Shown: piece after piece, positions 29,101-37,036 of the stretch
Layout of the letters: every line of letters begins with the position of its first letter
How positions within the stretch are numbered: position 1 is the stretch's first letter
NCBI GenBank assembly: GCA_965221125.1
Contig: CBDCRW010000004.1
Span: forward strand, 1,024,001 to 1,088,000
Source of the DNA: Alphaproteobacteria bacterium
GTDB taxonomy: Bacteria > Pseudomonadota > Alphaproteobacteria > UBA828
DNA: 64,000 bases
Reading direction: 5' to 3'
Program-made: the position numbers and the translations under genes
The notes under the pieces: generated by a model
Told to the model about the DNA's origin: nothing
The model's database searches: none
Seen by the model: only the letters and a program-made list of their open reading frames with translations

Positions 29101-31288
29101 CACGGCGTCGCTCCCGGAAGGCGTGCCGGTGGAGAACAGCCTGCGCGTGGTCCCGGACATCGAACACCTGCGCGCGGCCCTGGCCGGCGAACCCGGACTG
29201 GATCGCGTTCAGGTTCAGCGGCTCGCGCGCGGCGTGGCGCTTTCCGGCGACGTCGACTCGCATGCGGCGGAAGGCCGCGCACTCCGGCTGGCGGCAGCCT
29301 CACTTCCGGAAGGCGTGCCGGTGGAGAACAACCTGCACGTGGGACTGGACCTCGCGCCTCTGCGCTCGCTGGTGGCCGGCGAGCGCGGTCTGAAGGACGT
29401 TCGTGTGCAGCGGACAGGCCGCGGTGTTGCGCTCATCGGCGAGGTGGGTTCGGCCGAGGCGTCCGATCAGGCCTCCCGCCTCGCGGCCGCGCTTCTCCCG
29501 GAAGACATGCCTGTCGAGAACAACCTGCGCGTGGTGTGGGACGTGGAGCCGCTGCGCGCGCTTCTGGCCGGATCGCCCGATCTGGAACGCGTGCAGGTTC
29601 AGCGCCTTGCGCGTGGCGTCGTGCTCAGCGGGGATGTCGACTCGCATGCGACGGCCGACCTGGCGCTTCGCCTGGCTGCGGCATCCGTGCCGGAAGGCGT
29701 TCTGGTGGAGAACAACCTGAACGTGCGACTGGACCTGGCGCCACTGCGGGTGCTCATTGCAGGTGTACCGGACTTGCGCAACGTCCGGGTGAAACGGATC
29801 GGACGGGGCGTGGCGCTCTCGGGCGAGGTGGGCTCGGCGGAAGCGTCAGATAGGGCACTTCGGCTCGCCGTGGCCTCGCTGCCCGAGGGTATTGCGGTCG
29901 AGAACGGCCTGCGCATAGCGCCGGATGTCGAACCGCTGCGGGCGCTCCTGGCCGGGGAACCCGGTCTTGAGCGGGTGCACGTGCAGAAACTCGCGCGTGG
30001 CGTCGCGCTGGCCGGCGATGTCGCTTCGCCGAAAGCCGCAGACCGGGCGCTGCGTCTTGCCGCCGCTTCCCTGCCCGAAGGCATGCTGGTGGAAGACAAC
30101 CTGAACGTCGGGTTGAATCTTGCGCCTCTCGAAGCGCTCATGGTTGCGGAGGAGGGCTTCGAGAGCATCCGCCTCAACCGGATCGACCGAGGCGTGGCGC
30201 TGACCGGCGAGGTGGGGTCGCAGACGGAAGCGGAACGTGCTGCCCGTCTTGCGGCTGCCACGCTCCCTGAGGACGCTCTGGTCGAGAACAACCTGCGCGT
30301 GGTGCTGGATTCCGGACCTCTTCGTGCGGCCCTTGCGGGTGATCCGGAGTTCGACCGCGTCCACGTGCGCGATCTTGGGCATGGCGTATCGCTGAGCGGC
30401 GAGGTCAGCTCGGCTGCGGCCGCCGATCGGGCGCACCGACTTGCCGCCGTTTCGCTGCCTGCGGACACGCTGGTGGAGAACAACCTGCGCATCGCCGGGC
30501 CCCTGCAGGTGAACCTGGAGGTGCAGATCGCGGAGGTGCAGCGCTCCATCGCCGAGGAATTCGGGTTCAACTGGGAGCTCTTCGGACGTTCTGCCGAGGG
30601 GGATCTGGGAGGCAGCTTCCGGATCGGACGGCAGAACAGGACCGAGCAAGCCATGGTGGACGGATTGCCGTCGCCGTCCCTCATTCTATCGAGAACGTGG
30701 GAAGAGATCGGCATTACCGGCATGGTCGATGCACTTGCGAAAGCGGGCCTTGCTAACGTGCTGGCCCGGCCCAACGTCACCGCCAACTCGGGCGAGACCG
30801 CGTCCTTCTTCTCGGGTGGTGAGTTTCCGCTGCCGTCCGGCTTCAAGGACGGGGTGATCGTCTTCGAGTACAAGAAGTACGGTGTCGTTCTGGACTTCGT
30901 ACCGACGATCGTTGACGACGGCAGGGTCGAGCTTACGGTTCGTCCCGAGGTTTCCGAGCCCTCGCAGGATAACTCGGTGCAGGTTGCCGGCGGCGTCAAC
31001 GTCCCCGTGATCAACGTGCGCCGTGCCGAGACTACCGTCGAGATGGGCGACGGCGAGTCGATCGTGATCGCAGGGCTCTTCAGCAGCACCTCGAACGAAG
31101 TGCAGTCGGGGGTGCCGGTGCTCAAGGATCTGCCGCTGCTCGGTGCGATGTTCGGACACACCTCGACCCGGGCGGACGAGCTGGAGCTGATCGTCACCGT
31201 GACCGCCCGCCTGGTGCAGGCCGGGCCCGCGCCGGGCGACGCGATCACGGCCGGATCCGGACAAGCCAACAACAGTTACTACTACTGA
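23162..31288 (+). CDS. cpaC: Giant RcpA/CpaC secretin: TadD-like TPR lipoprotein N-terminus, Pro/Ala linker, pilus-formation N domain, 26 BON-like repeats, secretin domain
   Basis: Lipobox VLFSLSA-C; TPRs; IASPEIADVQLLTPRVLFVMGRNLGRTTV; 26 repeats ending VENNL; QVNLEVQIAEV, LARPNVTANSGETASFFSGGEFP, RRAETTVEMGDGESIVIAGL, VPVLKDLPLLGAMF. Start uncertain (23120 or 23162). Confidence 0.9.
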   Translation: MNTAHTDRYPVPAKPGQPRARFSVSPFEAIRRAAAMAAVLFSLSACWGLSGESRSPGGEQLLQSNLSVASAALAAGQPAVAHKLYLALAERFDDAPEPVLGLGYIALQTERPGEAGDHFRRAAKLSDDAPGLRAEALLGAARASLAQGDSSAARHHLAAARDLAEDSSTIAWIENGLAVAAVFEEDYRTAEAHYASALRQPSAHPRIAANFIRMLIASGRIDVAERTYGAYATSYWDEGDRHALQNLIGEARRLSPPPNRFDPRLLLRLTEMKALPDPADAPAYPADGGLRTGPEGPVLTIGGRLFPATPATMAARPAATPAAPVLSEPPLEETADPVPTSKRSAPEYQPSVGERGSPRAAIPALAAALPREVPASSVTRSGSSSWSDVLVLRIDPEGTSREGILEVDAPVEGPPSATSTDERPPGNAETDAVPVEDVLPIDGALRSGLVLVVASSHAQVSPGSAVPDFDAATSTPGAPPQVHEPGAVQAAGIPSATAGVEQQAHRLEADPVQSANALLLTVSPHDGPPLRDNASLRAPSSSASLSREAGATSATLKSEAPEGAPPEGASHVAAAQASGLQLATIEGAGGTHRSEPGPTLVVNVAILNDYSNYDPFSAAPAAHRPFLLASASSPYIDPLWESVWMPKGSGAGFHTFAAVESESHDDWLPQVAETAPPEPARSDEWTVLLGTGHRLTLGVDAAAVAIASPEIADVQLLTPRVLFVMGRNLGRTTVSVLGEDGSVFERDVSVVLDIEPLRALLAGEPGLQGVQVESLTRGVALAGDVDSQEAADRALGLATVSLPEGTLVENNLDVGLDLEPLRALLAGEPGFADVAVKRVGRGVALTGEVASAESADRARRLALTAVPEGLPVENNLRVIIDIEPLRTVLAAKPGLDRVQVQRLARGVALAGEVDTPEAADRALRLAAASLPEGVLVENNLNLILDLLPLKALLAAETGLAHVHVRQVAWGVALAGEVASARSADLAHRLAVASLPESVPVENNLRVVDLEPLRAVLAGEAGLRGVRVESLTHEVALVGEVASPALVDLAVRLAADFLPESVPVENNLRVVDLSPLRVLLAGEPGLGGVEVRRLGRGVALAGEVASAETSERAHSLALVTLPEDLPVENNLRIVFDTGPLLEILAGEPGLERVRVQRLARGVALSGYVDSPVAAERARGLASASLPEGLAVQDNLTVGLGLEPLRELPAGEPGLDDLAPLRVFITEEPGLEGVVVRRVGRGVALTGEVASVEDAERARRLVVAALPETVPVENNLRVVPDIEPLTTVFASEPGLEGVQVKRLPRGVALAGHVDSQEGADRALGLATASLPENTLIENNLDIGLDLGPLRALLAGESGFADVEVQRVGRGIALTGEVASPEVADRAHRLAAASLPETVPVENSLRVEFDIVPLRVLLAGEAGLERVQVQRLARGVALSGYVESPAAAERALGLASASLPEGLLVEDNLTAGLGLEPLRALLAGEPGLDDLSPLRAFIAGEPGLEGVEVQRVGRGVALTGEVASAEDAERARRLAVAALPEGVPVENNLRVVFDIVPLRVLLAGEAGLDRVHVQRLARGVALAGYVGSPAAEDRALRLAAASLPEGLLIENNLDVGLDLDPLRVLLIGEPGLDSVAARRVGRGVALTGEVASADAADRAHRLAVASLPENLLVENNLRVQFDIEPLRAVLAAEPGLEGIQVRQLARGVALAGEVASPEAADRASRLAAASLPEGLIVENNLEVGLDLEPLRALMSGESGLEGVEVRRIGRGVALTGEVASADAADRAHRLAVASLPESLLVENNLRVQFDIEPLRTVLAAEPGLEQVRVQRLARGVALAGEVASPEAADRAHRLAVASLPGGLLVENNMSVVLDLVPLQALMAGESGLKGVEVQRVGQGVALTGEVASAEASDRAYRLIAASLPDSLPVENNLRVVFDIGPLRAVLAGEPELDRIQVQELGRGVVLTGEVASAEASDRAHRIATASLPEGVPVENSLRVVPDIEHLRAALAGEPGLDRVQVQRLARGVALSGDVDSHAAEGRALRLAAASLPEGVPVENNLHVGLDLAPLRSLVAGERGLKDVRVQRTGRGVALIGEVGSAEASDQASRLAAALLPEDMPVENNLRVVWDVEPLRALLAGSPDLERVQVQRLARGVVLSGDVDSHATADLALRLAAASVPEGVLVENNLNVRLDLAPLRVLIAGVPDLRNVRVKRIGRGVALSGEVGSAEASDRALRLAVASLPEGIAVENGLRIAPDVEPLRALLAGEPGLERVHVQKLARGVALAGDVASPKAADRALRLAAASLPEGMLVEDNLNVGLNLAPLEALMVAEEGFESIRLNRIDRGVALTGEVGSQTEAERAARLAAATLPEDALVENNLRVVLDSGPLRAALAGDPEFDRVHVRDLGHGVSLSGEVSSAAAADRAHRLAAVSLPADTLVENNLRIAGPLQVNLEVQIAEVQRSIAEEFGFNWELFGRSAEGDLGGSFRIGRQNRTEQAMVDGLPSPSLILSRTWEEIGITGMVDALAKAGLANVLARPNVTANSGETASFFSGGEFPLPSGFKDGVIVFEYKKYGVVLDFVPTIVDDGRVELTVRPEVSEPSQDNSVQVAGGVNVPVINVRRAETTVEMGDGESIVIAGLFSSTSNEVQSGVPVLKDLPLLGAMFGHTSTRADELELIVTVTARLVQAGPAPGDAITAGSGQANNSYYY
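25415..30495 (+). repeat. 26 diverged ~192-bp repeats (64-aa BON-like domain) plus two 17-aa partial units
   Basis: Consensus DxEPLRALLAGEPGLxxVxVxRxxRGVALxGEVASxEAADRAxRLAxASLPExxxVENNLxV, counted by eye in the translation. Confidence 0.93.
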
Positions 31289-31328
31289 GGACGGTGCCGC
31301 CGTGCAGTTTCTCCTCCTGGAGTACGCA

Positions 31329-31988
31329 ATGAGGAACACGCGCCCGATAGATGTCCCCGCTTCGCGGGAGAGAGATGCAGCCGCCCCCGCGGTGGCCTCG
31401 ACTCCTGCCGCAAACCATCCTGCCGGGACGCGTCTCCGCAATGCGGCCGTGCCAGATCCGAATGCCGGCTCAATTCCGGCGGGCTTCCTCTCCCTCCGCG
31501 GCGATATCCCGGATGGAGAGCGCCCGCCTGACCGACGCAACGCAGGAAACATTGTCGTGCCCGACCTCCCGACCCGCAGCCGTCCAGCCGCCATCACCGC
31601 CGCCCTGTGTGTCGTCGTCGTTCTCGGCGGCTGCCAGGAGCGGCTGGCGCAACGCGATACCTACTTCGCTCCCCTGCGCGGCTTGAGCGCCTCTCTGCAT
31701 GCGGAGACGGAGCACGTGCTGGATTATCATCAGGCCATGCAGGCCGCGCTGCATGGATGCAGCAAGAGCCAGCGCGCGACTGCAACACCGAGCGTCATGG
31801 GGCCGGCGAACGTGGTGCCGGAGGGAGCGTTGGATCCCGACGCGCAGGCGCGGCTCTGCGCATCCTCCGGGATCACGCATGCTACGCACGGGGCGCCGTT
31901 GAACGGCTACCGGCGTTGGGTGGGAGACCAGGTCCGCGAGTTGCCCGCGCCGTCCGAGACGGCCTCCTCGATCGGAGGCGGCTCTTGA
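31329..31988 (+). CDS. Putative lipoprotein in the cpaD/rcpB position
   Basis: Hydrophobic stretch and lipobox ALCVVVVLGG-C; lies between secretin and cpaE; RBS ggag. Confidence 0.55.
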   Translation: MRNTRPIDVPASRERDAAAPAVASTPAANHPAGTRLRNAAVPDPNAGSIPAGFLSLRGDIPDGERPPDRRNAGNIVVPDLPTRSRPAAITAALCVVVVLGGCQERLAQRDTYFAPLRGLSASLHAETEHVLDYHQAMQAALHGCSKSQRATATPSVMGPANVVPEGALDPDAQARLCASSGITHATHGAPLNGYRRWVGDQVRELPAPSETASSIGGGS

Positions 31989-32021
31989 GCGACCGAGGCC
32001 CATCCCGGCTCCCCTCCGGCC

Positions 32022-33176
32022 GTGAGCGCGATCATGGCACTTTCGCCTGACAGCCTCTACGCGCGAGCGTTCGCTTCGGATGGCGAGACGCTGCGGGCGC
32101 TTCGTACCGGGCTCGAGGGCCGCAAGGCGAGGATCCAGCGCGGACGTCTCGCAGCGGCGCTACGCACGCTCGCGAGCGAACCGGCCTCCAGGGTGCTGTT
32201 CGTCGACCTCGACGGCATCGCGGAACCTGGCTCAGCCGCTCGGGAGCTGACGGCGGTGTGCGCCTTCGAGACCGCCGTGATCGCCATCGGCTCCATCGAC
32301 ACGGCTCAGTACACCCGGGAATTGTTCCAGCAGGGCATCGCCGACTATCTGGTCAAACCCGTATCCGCCTCCCTTGTGCGCGAAGCCTGCGCGGCGGTGA
32401 CGGATGATGGTACCGAGCGACCCTACGCAGGACGGGTGGTCGCGTTCGCGGGCAGCGCGGGCAGCGGGACCTCCACCCTTGTAGCCGCGCTCGCCCGTAC
32501 CATCGGCGCCGAAGGACGGACGGTGTCGGTGGTCGATCTCGATCCGATATCCGGACGGCTTCCCGCGCTGTTGGGCTCCGAGCCTGCCGAGGGTCTTCCG
32601 GCGCTACTTGAAGCGTTGAGCGCTCAGGCCGGGAACGACACCGATGTGGGCGCGGCAGCCGACCAGATCGACGGCGTATGCATGCCCGTCGATGCCCAGG
32701 TGTCACTGTTCGCCTACGCTCCGGATTTGGCCCTTCCGGCAGCACCTTCGTCGGTCTCGGTACTCAGGTTGCTCGGGCACCTCGCCAACCGGACGCACCT
32801 GGTGCTGGTGAGAGGGTTCCCGGATCCCGTCACGCAGCTCGACATCATGCAGCAGACCGACGCCCGCGTGCTGCTCTACGAACCGACGCTGTCCAGCCTG
32901 AGTGCTGCGGTTCGATGCCTGGCCCTTCTTGGTACGAGCCACCCCGCGACCTTGGTGCAAAGCCTGCCGAGGATGCCGCGAAGCGCGTTGTCGCCGGCGC
33001 ATATCCGCTATGCGTTGGGCGACCGCAAACCCGACATCGTGGTGCCCTTCGATTCCGCAATTCACGCGGAAGCCACCGAGGGCAGGTCGAAGCAGCCCGG
33101 ACGGGCGTGGCACAACGCCGTGCGGCAAGTGCTGGATCGTATCCTCGAGAGCGCCGCCGTGCCGCAGGGAGATTGA
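32022..33176 (+). CDS. cpaE: CpaE/TadZ-like protein, normal-sized copy
   Basis: Receiver-like VLFVDLDG, QGIADYLVKPV; RVVAFAGSAGSGTSTLV...VSVVDLD. Confidence 0.85.
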   Translation: MSAIMALSPDSLYARAFASDGETLRALRTGLEGRKARIQRGRLAAALRTLASEPASRVLFVDLDGIAEPGSAARELTAVCAFETAVIAIGSIDTAQYTRELFQQGIADYLVKPVSASLVREACAAVTDDGTERPYAGRVVAFAGSAGSGTSTLVAALARTIGAEGRTVSVVDLDPISGRLPALLGSEPAEGLPALLEALSAQAGNDTDVGAAADQIDGVCMPVDAQVSLFAYAPDLALPAAPSSVSVLRLLGHLANRTHLVLVRGFPDPVTQLDIMQQTDARVLLYEPTLSSLSAAVRCLALLGTSHPATLVQSLPRMPRSALSPAHIRYALGDRKPDIVVPFDSAIHAEATEGRSKQPGRAWHNAVRQVLDRILESAAVPQGD

Positions 33177-33250
33177 CGGTGCCGGTCGACAATTGGTTTC
33201 TCTCATGCCGCGTTCGCGGAGGCCCGAGAGTCGGAAGCGTAGTGGGCTTG

Positions 33251-33925
33251 ATGGCGGCATGTCTCCTTTTCCTGACCGCCGTTCTGTCGGGATCCGCCCA
33301 TGCGGATGTGTCCGGGCTGGCTCGGGTGATCGACGGCGACACCATCGAGGTGAGTGGTAGCCGCATCCGGCTACACGGGATCGATGCGCCGGAAAGCGAA
33401 CAGCTCTGTTGCGTCGGCGGCACGGCCCGGAAGTGCGGCAGGCAGGCAACGCGTGCACTGAGAGATCGGATCGGCGGCGGCCTCGTGGACTGCGAGGAGA
33501 GGGATCGGGACCGCTACGGCCGCCTCGTGGCGCTCTGCCGCGTCGGCGGCGGTGACCTGGGAGCCTGGCTGGTCATCCAAGGGTGGGCGCTGGCCTATCG
33601 CCAGTATTCGGACGCCTACGTGAGCGAAGAGGCATCGGCAAGAGAGTCCCGGAGGGGTCTCTGGCACGGCGAGTTCGTCGCGCCCTGGGACTGGCGCGCG
33701 GGGGAGCGCCTGCTCTCGACATGTCAGGTCAGGCCCCGAAAGGAAGATCACACTCCCGGCAACTGCCTCATCAAGGGGAATATCGCCCGCGACGGAGAGC
33801 GCATCTACCACCTTCCGGGCGGGCAATACTACGAGCGGACCCGGATCGATTCAGCAAGGGGCGAACGCTGGTTCTGCACCGAGGCCGAGGCTGAGGCGGC
33901 AGGGTGGAGGAGATCGCGCCGGTGA
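33251..33925 (+). CDS. Secreted thermonuclease (SNase-like, ExoI-type) with C-terminal Cys/His domain
   Basis: VIDGDTI, IRLHGIDAPE, DRYGRLVA, GWALAY, RGLW, then CLIKGNI...IYHLPG...ERWFCTEAEA. Confidence 0.9.
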   Translation: MAACLLFLTAVLSGSAHADVSGLARVIDGDTIEVSGSRIRLHGIDAPESEQLCCVGGTARKCGRQATRALRDRIGGGLVDCEERDRDRYGRLVALCRVGGGDLGAWLVIQGWALAYRQYSDAYVSEEASARESRRGLWHGEFVAPWDWRAGERLLSTCQVRPRKEDHTPGNCLIKGNIARDGERIYHLPGGQYYERTRIDSARGERWFCTEAEAEAAGWRRSRR

Positions 33926-34171
33926 ACGACCGTCCTGCCGCGCAGATATTGTCCGCCCGGTCCGGCTGGAGCGAGGAGAAGCGGTCCGCCTCGTCCATGG
34001 CGTATCTCCGGCTCCCAGCGAAGACATGCACACCAGGCGTGCCCCTGGCCGGCGGCCGGCGCTTCCTGTGCGCCAGTATCGCACCGGTGGCGAAGTCCGG
34101 CACTCGACGCTCCTACAATCCCGGATCGGCAAGGACGTTTCTCTCTGCTTCTCCGGCACCGTGAAGAACAG

Positions 34172-35018
34172 AATGAACAACGCATACGAGACCTGCCTCT
34201 CCATGAATGCCTCACCGGGCACCATCGCCGGAGCGCTCCGGGAGCGAGAAATTTGCCGACCTACAGGCGAGGTACTCGCACATACCCGGGCCTCGCCGCC
34301 AAGTCCGCCCGCGCCGGCTAACCCCTTCCGGCTTGTCGGGCGTGCCGCGCTGCCGTGGCACGAAATGAGAGAGGGACGTGAACGGCCGAGCAAGAAGGAG
34401 TTCGAGGCTGCACTTCCTTGCAGCTGTGCACGGATTCTTGTCCCCAACGCCGGCGGTGCCGGACGGAAGCCGGGCAGATGCGGGCGCCGAAGACCATGCA
34501 CATCGGGCTCGAAACCGCCCGAGGTCGCAGATAGGCCCCCGGCGACCGGACGACCCGGTCGCCGGCTACTCGACTGCAACGGCAAACGCTGGCGAGGCCA
34601 GGGCCACCAGTGCCGTTGCAGCCGGATTATCTCGAACAACAAACGCGCGCTGAGGAACCTTCGATCCATGAGCAGACGCAGCCTTGAGCGCAATCCGGCC
34701 GCGCTGACGGCCGCCCGACACCTCAGGGAGTTCGGCTTTACGGGCTGGCATCTGAGGCAGCGCAAGCAAGACCCCCGCCCCCCCGATGCCGTGGTGGACG
34801 GCGCGGACCGCGTGGAGCGGCAGTTGGTCCAGGCCGACCACCACGCCGCCGAACAGTTCCCGCACCGGGACGATTCCGCCGTGTTCCTGCTGATGGGCCG
34901 GCCTCGCCCCGAAGCCGGAGACGGACTGATAGCGCTCACTCGCTACTGGCTCATCGAGGAGGTCAACGTCATGCACCAGGACAGGGAAGAGGCGATTTAT
35001 GCCGTGTTCTGCACATGA
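34172..35018 (+). CDS. Hypothetical ORF or degraded gene remnant
   Basis: Only the 3' half looks protein-like (YWLIEEVNVMHQDREEAIYAVFCT). Confidence 0.25.
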
Positions 35019-35085
35019 GGCGACAGACAACCATTCTTCTGGAAGACCGTGGAACGCCCGAGCGCGCCGCCTGTCTATTACCGGA

Positions 35086-35781
35086 ATGGGAGTGAGTGTC
35101 GTGAGAGTGTCGGGAAGAGTGCTGTTGCCAGTCGTGGTTCTACTGTTTACTGCCGGCGCCGTACTCGCTCAGGACAATCAAGACAGCGTGCCGCGCCTCT
35201 ATCTCTCGGCGAGCGGTGCTCTGGTCATGCCGGCTGACGTTCACGCCGACTTCCACGACGCTTCGGGGAGCCCGAATGGAGGAATGGATGGGGCATTCGA
35301 CAGGGGCCCTGGTCTCGTTCTCGTCATGGGCTACGGCCAGAAGTGGGGGGTCCGGGGCGAGTTGGAGATCGGGTACCGGACCTTCGCGATCGACAGGATA
35401 TCGAACTTTCGGCTGGGTGGCGTTGCCGATCCCGGCCCCTATCGAGCGATCGGCGACGTGACGTCATACTCGGTCATGGGGAATGTCGTGTCGTCGCTGG
35501 ATTTGGGTCCTCTCAACTTGTACGTCGGCGGCGGCATCGGCATGGCCCGCGTCGACGCCGGTATGCGCTCCATTGCACGTGTGTCGTTCGACGAAGCCGA
35601 TGGCCGGGACAGCGTATTTGCCTGGCAGCTGTTCACTGGCCTCCAGTACCACCTGTCCCAGGACTTCTCCGCGTCGCTGGGCTATCGCTATTTCGCGACC
35701 GAAGACGCGAGATTCGGCAGCACCTCCGCACCCATAGAGGCTCACAACGTCGAAGTGGGCATTACCCACTGGCTGGACTGA
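35086..35781 (+). CDS. Small outer-membrane beta-barrel protein (OmpA-TM/opacity-porin-like)
   Basis: Signal peptide; RGELEIGYR, YVGGGIGMA, FAWQLFTGLQY, LGYRYF, HNVEVGI. Confidence 0.85.
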   Translation: MGVSVVRVSGRVLLPVVVLLFTAGAVLAQDNQDSVPRLYLSASGALVMPADVHADFHDASGSPNGGMDGAFDRGPGLVLVMGYGQKWGVRGELEIGYRTFAIDRISNFRLGGVADPGPYRAIGDVTSYSVMGNVVSSLDLGPLNLYVGGGIGMARVDAGMRSIARVSFDEADGRDSVFAWQLFTGLQYHLSQDFSASLGYRYFATEDARFGSTSAPIEAHNVEVGITHWLD

Positions 35782-35824
35782 GGATCCCGGAAACCTTTAT
35801 TTCCGGTCTGCGAGGGGCAACATA

Positions 35825-37036
35825 TTGCAGCAGCAAACGAAAGCAACGGTTCGCGCGACGAGGCTGTGCGGGATCGTCGCTGCGGCCACCGTCGTCTGGC
35901 TCTGCGCACTTTCGCTCGCAGTCGAGGCTGCTGCGCCGTCGGTGGAGGATGTGCGCGTGGATCGGTACGGCGACGGGACGCGGCTCGTCGTGGAACTGAC
36001 CGGAGCGGTTGACTTTCAGGTCTTCGCTCTGGCCGGGCCGGAGCGGCTGGTGATCGATCTGTCGCCGGTGCGCTGGGTACTGCCGGATCGCACTCTCACC
36101 ATCGGCCGTGACGGCGTGGCTCAGATCCGGTTCGGCCAATTCCGGCCCGATACCTCGCGCATCGTGATCGACCTGGACCTGCCGCTCATCCTGGGCAGTG
36201 CGCAGTGGCTTGAAGCCGACGCAGTCTCCAGGAACCCCTACCGCCTGATCCTCGATCTCGCTCCCGTACCCGCGTCGGCGTTTCTCGCCACCGTCCGCGT
36301 TCAGCCATCGGATCCTGCGCCGCTGCCAAGGTTGAAGCCGCTGCCGCCATCCCTCGTCCGCCTCATCGCCCTCGACCCCGGCCATGGAGGGCGCGATCCC
36401 GGGGCGGTCTCGTCGGGTGGTGTACAGGAGAAAGTTATCGTCCTGACCTTTGCGCGTGAGCTTCGCGACGTTCTCCAGGAAACCGGTCGCTATCGCGTGG
36501 CAATGACCCGGGACAGCGACCGCAAGGTCGGGCTCTGGCAGCGCGTGGCATTCGCCCGCAATTCCGGCGCGGACGTCCTCCTCTCAATTCACGTAGACCG
36601 CGTGCATGACCGCCGGGTGCGCGGAGCCTCGGTCTACACCCTGTCCGAGGAGGCCTCCGACGCCGAGACAGCCGAGCTCGCCAGGTTCGAGAACAAAGCT
36701 GACATCGCCGCCGGTATCGAGGCGCCGGAGCAGCTTGATCCCGATGTCGCTGCGGTTCTTGCTTCGATGGAGCAGCAGGGAACCATGAACTGTTCCGTTG
36801 TACTTGCAGGACTGCTGGTCCCCGCGCTCGGCGATGTGGCTCCCCTCGTCAACCGCTCCCACCGAATGGCGGAGTTCCGCGTGCTCAAGGCACCGGATGT
36901 CCCGTCGGTCCTGATCGAGCTCGGCTTCTTGTCCAACGAGCAGGATGCCGAACGCCTGAAGAGCGTCAATCACAGGAGGGCGCTGGCCGTAGCGATCCTC
37001 AAGGCTGTCGACGAGTATTTCCTGGAACCTTGCTGA
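35825..37036 (+). CDS. amiC: N-acetylmuramoyl-L-alanine amidase (AMIN + Amidase_3)
   Basis: AMIN motifs (TRLVVEL, PERLVIDL, IRFGQF..SRIVIDL); IALDPGHGGRDPGA, EK, LSIH, VLKAPDVPSVLIELGFLSN. Confidence 0.92.
   Translation: MQQQTKATVRATRLCGIVAAATVVWLCALSLAVEAAAPSVEDVRVDRYGDGTRLVVELTGAVDFQVFALAGPERLVIDLSPVRWVLPDRTLTIGRDGVAQIRFGQFRPDTSRIVIDLDLPLILGSAQWLEADAVSRNPYRLILDLAPVPASAFLATVRVQPSDPAPLPRLKPLPPSLVRLIALDPGHGGRDPGAVSSGGVQEKVIVLTFARELRDVLQETGRYRVAMTRDSDRKVGLWQRVAFARNSGADVLLSIHVDRVHDRRVRGASVYTLSEEASDAETAELARFENKADIAAGIEAPEQLDPDVAAVLASMEQQGTMNCSVVLAGLLVPALGDVAPLVNRSHRMAEFRVLKAPDVPSVLIELGFLSNEQDAERLKSVNHRRALAVAILKAVDEYFLEPC

Noticed and set aside
25415-30495. BON array as a collapsed or expanded assembly artefact
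   Set aside because: Units are individually diverged, including at synonymous sites, and keep the frame; long-read confirmation is still advisable.
33771-34103. Minus-strand YAMDEADRF segment as a Walker-B ATPase remnant
   Set aside because: Too short, overlaps the nuclease gene, and has no supporting Walker A.
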